Source of the DNA: an uncultured bacterium
Lineage (GTDB): Bacteria; Bacillota_I; Bacilli_A; RFN20; CAG-826
Assembly (NCBI GenBank): GCA_949288485.1
Contig: CASEKC010000001.1
Span: 166,241-230,240 of the forward strand
Length of the DNA: 64,000 nucleotides
Direction of reading: 5' to 3'
Below are positions 60,498-64,000 of the stretch, piece after piece. The notes under the pieces are model-generated. The model was not told where the DNA came from. It made no database searches and saw nothing but the letters and a program-made list of their open reading frames with translations. The position numbers and the translations under genes are program-made. The number at the start of each line of letters is the position of its first letter. Positions within the stretch are counted from its first letter, which is position 1.

Positions 60498-60651
60498 AAA
60501 AAAAATTAGATAAAAGTTAACAATTATATCGAAAAGTAAACATCTTAAGTCTTTATTGAACTCAACAAAGATTAACCGATTTTTTTATCAAGTTCCAATG
60601 TTATATTTGAATTGATGTAACATATCAAAAATTATGTAGTCATTAAAAATT

Positions 60652-61251
60652 TTGTTACTAATAAAAATCAAATTAAAAAATATGGATATTAAAATTTTAA
60701 AAAATAAAAACATAGAAATATTAATAAATAGATCGTTAAATCACACAATTAAATATATTTTATTTGATGAAAATAAAGAAGATGCATTTGAAACATCAAT
60801 TTTAGGTTCTTTTAAAATTAACGAATTTAAAAATTGTAAACATTTATTTAATACATTAGCGATATCCAAAAATGAAGAAATATTTTTTTCGTACAATGAA
60901 TTTTTAAAAATTCTTACCTTATCTAACTATGATTTTTTATATCTTGAAAAAGATTTAAAAATATTTAATAAGATTAAAGAAAATATTAACAAAGAATTTA
61001 TAGATGAAGAAATATTTGTATTTTTTAAAAATTTAGTTAATAAAACATTTAAATACTTTTTAAAAAATAAACACCAAATAAATTTAATCAAAACTCAGCA
61101 AAATAAAGATTTTAATAATTTGATTAATTTTTATTACTTAAATGATGAAACAAAAATATTAAATGTAAATTTATTTAATGATTTAAATATAAAGGGACTA
61201 ACTTCTTCTTTATTAATTAATCAAATTATCACTTTTAATCCATTAGATTAA
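60652..61251 (+). CDS. hypothetical protein
   Basis: 199 aa with no motif recognised. It lies between tRNA-Gly and the pst operon. Confidence 0.35.
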   Translation: MLLIKIKLKNMDIKILKNKNIEILINRSLNHTIKYILFDENKEDAFETSILGSFKINEFKNCKHLFNTLAISKNEEIFFSYNEFLKILTLSNYDFLYLEKDLKIFNKIKENINKEFIDEEIFVFFKNLVNKTFKYFLKNKHQINLIKTQQNKDFNNLINFYYLNDETKILNVNLFNDLNIKGLTSSLLINQIITFNPLD

Positions 61252-61817
61252 GCAGAAAATGATTTTGTTCTATTTTTTAAATATGAATTATTAATTTTTA
61301 TTTCATAAAGTAGATTTATATTATCACTTTTTATCTTTTTCCAACTTGAAATAGTATTTAAAGCTAATAAACTTACTTCTATTTCATAACTTCTTAAACA
61401 CGCAATTACAAACGTTTCTTCATCTAAATTAATTTCTTTATATTCTTTATTTCCTAAAAATAACAAAAATAACATTCTAGTCGCTTTATCTTCTTTATCA
61501 TTACTTAATAATTTTAATATTCCGCCATAAAAGAAACTTTTTTCAATTCTTTCTAATAAATCATATGGCAAAATTGTTTTTTCTAATGTAGGAAGCTTGT
61601 TATTTAAATATGAATGAACATTCCTTTTTAAAATTTCATATAAAGTTAATAATGAATTTTCACTTTTTTCATATCTAGCACCGTTATTAAAATCAATAAA
61701 TTCTTTATAGATATCCTTAAATTTTTTATATTGTTCTTCGTCTTTTTTAATGTTTAATTCTAAAGATGAAAATGATGGAAAATTATACGATGGTGCATAT
61801 ATTTTTAAACTATTCAA
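61248..61817 (-). CDS. hypothetical protein
   Basis: 189 aa with no motif recognised. It converges on the previous ORF with a 4-nt stop overlap. Confidence 0.35.
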   Translation of the reverse strand: MNSLKIYAPSYNFPSFSSLELNIKKDEEQYKKFKDIYKEFIDFNNGARYEKSENSLLTLYEILKRNVHSYLNNKLPTLEKTILPYDLLERIEKSFFYGGILKLLSNDKEDKATRMLFLLFLGNKEYKEINLDEETFVIACLRSYEIEVSLLALNTISSWKKIKSDNINLLYEIKINNSYLKNRTKSFSA

Positions 61818-61995
61818 TTTTTTGACCTCCTTTCAAACTTTTATAATAAAAATTAGTCCCTTATATATACAAGAAGGCTAAAAAATTAAATTTTATGTCG
61901 AAAAAATTAGATTTTTTTAATAATTTCAGAAATATTAAATAAATAGTAAATAATTAGTATTTTTTTAATAAATCCTCAATTTAAATCTATGAATC

Positions 61996-62023
61996 TTTAC
62001 AATTCCTTAACAATTCTTTACAT
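61996..62023 (+). promoter_or_regulatory. putative Pho box (three TT[AT]ACA direct repeats at 11-bp spacing) upstream of pstS
   Basis: TTTACAattccTTAACAattctTTACAT, ending about 80 bp before the pstS start. It matches the Firmicutes PhoP TT(A/T/C)ACA-N5 repeat architecture. Confidence 0.4.
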
Positions 62024-62101
62024 TCCTATGATTTATTGAACAAATTTTCGTACATATTATATAGGCGTGTTAAATAACACGGGGGAAAAATTTAAAAATA
62101 T

Positions 62102-63094
62102 ATGAAAAAAGTTTTATTAGCATGTGCATTATTAGCAAGTTGTTCATTATTAGCTACTTCTTGTGGCAATACTCCAAATCAACCAGACGTTAATCCAGGA
62201 GATGATACATTTGATACATCAAGAAATATTAATCTTTATTCAAGAGAAGCTGGTTCAGGAACAAGAGAATGTTTCTTTGAAGGAATTGGTTATGGAGATG
62301 TTGCAAAAGATGATAAATGGGAAAGTGGAGTAAGCGTTTCTAATTCAACATCAAATGGCGATATTATGAGTGCTGTCGGTTCTGATCCTTATGGAATTGG
62401 TTACTGTTCATTAGATGGAATTGGAGATAATACATCAATTAAAGCACTTTCATATAATGGAGTTACTCCTACAGAAGCAACAGTTATTGATGGTTCATAT
62501 GCATTACAAAGAAATTTCAATTATGTAATTAGAGATTATACTTCAACAACAGTTGATAATGGTGAAGCAAGAAGCCAAGTTGCTCACGCATTCATTGAAT
62601 TCTTCTCAACAGTTGAAGGTCAAAACCAAATTAAGAGTGCTGGAGGAATTGTTACTGAAAGTGCTACATCAACTTTTGAAGAATTAGTTGCCAAATATCC
62701 TATTTTAAGTGGCAATGAAACTGTTCAACTTTATACTTGCGGTTCTACTTCCGTTGAAAAAGTTTTAAATGCATCTATTTCTTATTTTACAGGTAATATT
62801 CCTAATAAAAATATCACAATTTCTTCAAGCCAAACAGGTAGTGGTGCAGCTGTTACAGGTATTACCGAAGGAAATAGTGGAACATTAGCTGATATTGGTT
62901 TCTTATCAAGAGAAATTAATGCTGAAGAATTAGTAAAATTAACAGAAGAAAACATTCATGATGCAATGTGTGTTGATGCTGTTGTTGCAATTGTTAATAG
63001 TAAAAATACGTCAGTTAATGATGCAAATGGAGAAACATTAACTTCTATTTATAAAGGTGAATTAAAAACCTGGGCTGAAGTCGCAGCTCTTTAA
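62102..63094 (+). CDS. pstS: phosphate ABC transporter substrate-binding lipoprotein
   Basis: A lipoprotein signal (MKKVLLACALLASCSLLATSCG) and a PBP-superfamily PstS core (YSREAGSGTRE…; SSSQTGSGAA) are present. Confidence 0.85.
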   Translation: MKKVLLACALLASCSLLATSCGNTPNQPDVNPGDDTFDTSRNINLYSREAGSGTRECFFEGIGYGDVAKDDKWESGVSVSNSTSNGDIMSAVGSDPYGIGYCSLDGIGDNTSIKALSYNGVTPTEATVIDGSYALQRNFNYVIRDYTSTTVDNGEARSQVAHAFIEFFSTVEGQNQIKSAGGIVTESATSTFEELVAKYPILSGNETVQLYTCGSTSVEKVLNASISYFTGNIPNKNITISSSQTGSGAAVTGITEGNSGTLADIGFLSREINAEELVKLTEENIHDAMCVDAVVAIVNSKNTSVNDANGETLTSIYKGELKTWAEVAAL

Positions 63095-63113
63095 TAAATT
63101 GTTTTGATTATTT

Positions 63114-64000
63114 ATGGAGAATTTAATTAAAGTAAAAACCAAAAATAGTCGAAGCAAAAGAAAAATAATAGTAGATAAAATAATACATCTACTATTATTT
63201 TTTCTTGTTGTAATATGTGCTAGTATCATTATTGTTTCGATAATTTTCATTTTGATAAAAGGAATTCAACCATTTGTTGATAATTATGGAACAGATGGTG
63301 AATTTATTAATCAAGATTTAGCCTCTTTTTTTACTAATTCCACTCGGACTTATAACGGGCAAGGCGGAGCAATGTTTTTAGTATTAACTACTATTTATGT
63401 TGTTGCTTTATCATTAATTATTAGTGTTCCTACATCAATTTTTACTGCTTTATTTATCGCAAAAATTTCGCCAAGAGGAATAAAAGATGTTATTCGAGTT
63501 GCAATTGATTTATTAGCAGCTATTCCATCGGTTATTTTTGGTCTTTTTGGTAAAGGGATTATCAATCCTTTTGTCTATACAATTGCCGAAAGTTTAGGTA
63601 TTCAAACCTTTGCCGGATCTTCAATTTTAAGTGGAGCTTTAATTATTGCAGTTATGTCAATTCCAACAATGACCACTTTATCAATAAGTGCAATTAATGC
63701 AGTTGATCAATCTTTAATTAACGGTTCACTTGCTTTAGGCGCTTCAAATGCTCAAACAAATATGAAAATTATTGTTCGTAGTGCTAAATCAGGTATTTTT
63801 GCTGGAATTATTCTTGGAATTGGTAGAGCTTTAGGAGAAGCAACTGCAATTCAAATGGTTATAGGAAATAGTACAAACGGACTTTATTTCTATAATATTT
63901 TTCAACCAGGTTCTACTATTGCTTCGGCAATGTTATCAGGAATTAATGAAGCAAGTGGATTTGGATACGATATTCGTTTTTCTCTTGGTATCGTTTTAAT
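63114..64000 (+). CDS. pstC: phosphate ABC transporter permease PstC (3' end beyond window)
   Basis: The ATG at 63114 opens MENLIKVKTK…, followed by TM helices and the ABC permease EAA-like region (IGRALGEATAIQMVIGN). It is truncated by the window end. Confidence 0.8.
   Translation, partial: MENLIKVKTKNSRSKRKIIVDKIIHLLLFFLVVICASIIIVSIIFILIKGIQPFVDNYGTDGEFINQDLASFFTNSTRTYNGQGGAMFLVLTTIYVVALSLIISVPTSIFTALFIAKISPRGIKDVIRVAIDLLAAIPSVIFGLFGKGIINPFVYTIAESLGIQTFAGSSILSGALIIAVMSIPTMTTLSISAINAVDQSLINGSLALGASNAQTNMKIIVRSAKSGIFAGIILGIGRALGEATAIQMVIGNSTNGLYFYNIFQPGSTIASAMLSGINEASGFGYDIRFSLGIVL

Noticed and set aside
63062-63250. A 62-aa minus-strand ORF spanning the pstS-pstC junction
   Set aside because: It is antisense to the pstC N-terminal coding region. 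The pstC reading (MENLIKVK…) is strongly supported instead.
1-64000. CRISPR array or other multi-copy spacer-repeat structure
   Set aside because: The only tandem repeat found is the 2 x 16 bp unit at 53551-53582. No run of three or more regularly spaced repeats and no cas genes are present.
1-64000. Possibility that TGA encodes Trp (Mycoplasma/Spiroplasma code 4)
   Set aside because: All long ORFs are intact under the standard code and Trp positions use TGG, e.g. NEWMYKN in the GH13 gene, so code 11 applies.

Overview
This is a very AT-rich, standard-code (TGA is stop) Firmicutes-type sequence that looks wall-less, with a small accessory island at the 3' end. The division cluster is only mraZ-rsmH-ftsL-like-ftsA-ftsZ with no mur or pbp genes, which points to a Mollicutes-like anaerobe of the Acholeplasma, Anaeroplasma or Izemoplasma type. 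This is inference only.

Roughly 1-53.5 kb is housekeeping:
- maltodextrin and glycogen genes: malQ fragment, a GH13 amylase, glgP and glgB
- division genes: ftsZ, ftsA, ftsL-like, rsmH, mraZ
- pheST with a T-box leader, then ackA, nrnA, dnaE and polA
- an in-frame mutM-coaE fusion
- dnaB-like and dnaI-like genes, pfkA, pyk, thrS with a T-box leader, ybaK, cvpA and gpmA
- an arginase-family hydrolase, an M2-type [FeFe]-hydrogenase and a PHP phosphatase
- an adhE-rex operon, deoD, cdaA and an FAD flavoprotein.

About 53.5-61.9 kb is an accessory segment. It carries:
- an XRE-family membrane regulator with a coupled lipoprotein
- a secreted/membrane protein gene interrupted by a single in-frame TAA
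- AT-skewed membrane protein genes
- a second SpoU/RlmB-type rRNA methyltransferase next to a MerR-family sensor-like regulator
- a tyrosine integrase abutting tRNA-Gly(CCC)
- two convergent orphan ORFs.

pstS and pstC follow, with a PhoP-box-like triple repeat upstream.

I found no CRISPR array, no rRNA and no obvious transposase. The best candidates for something novel are the integrase/tRNA-linked island, especially the MerR plus SpoU pair and the membrane/secreted module, a membrane-anchored NERD cluster wedged between rex-adhE and deoD, and a GNAT-nucleoside-phosphorylase fusion.
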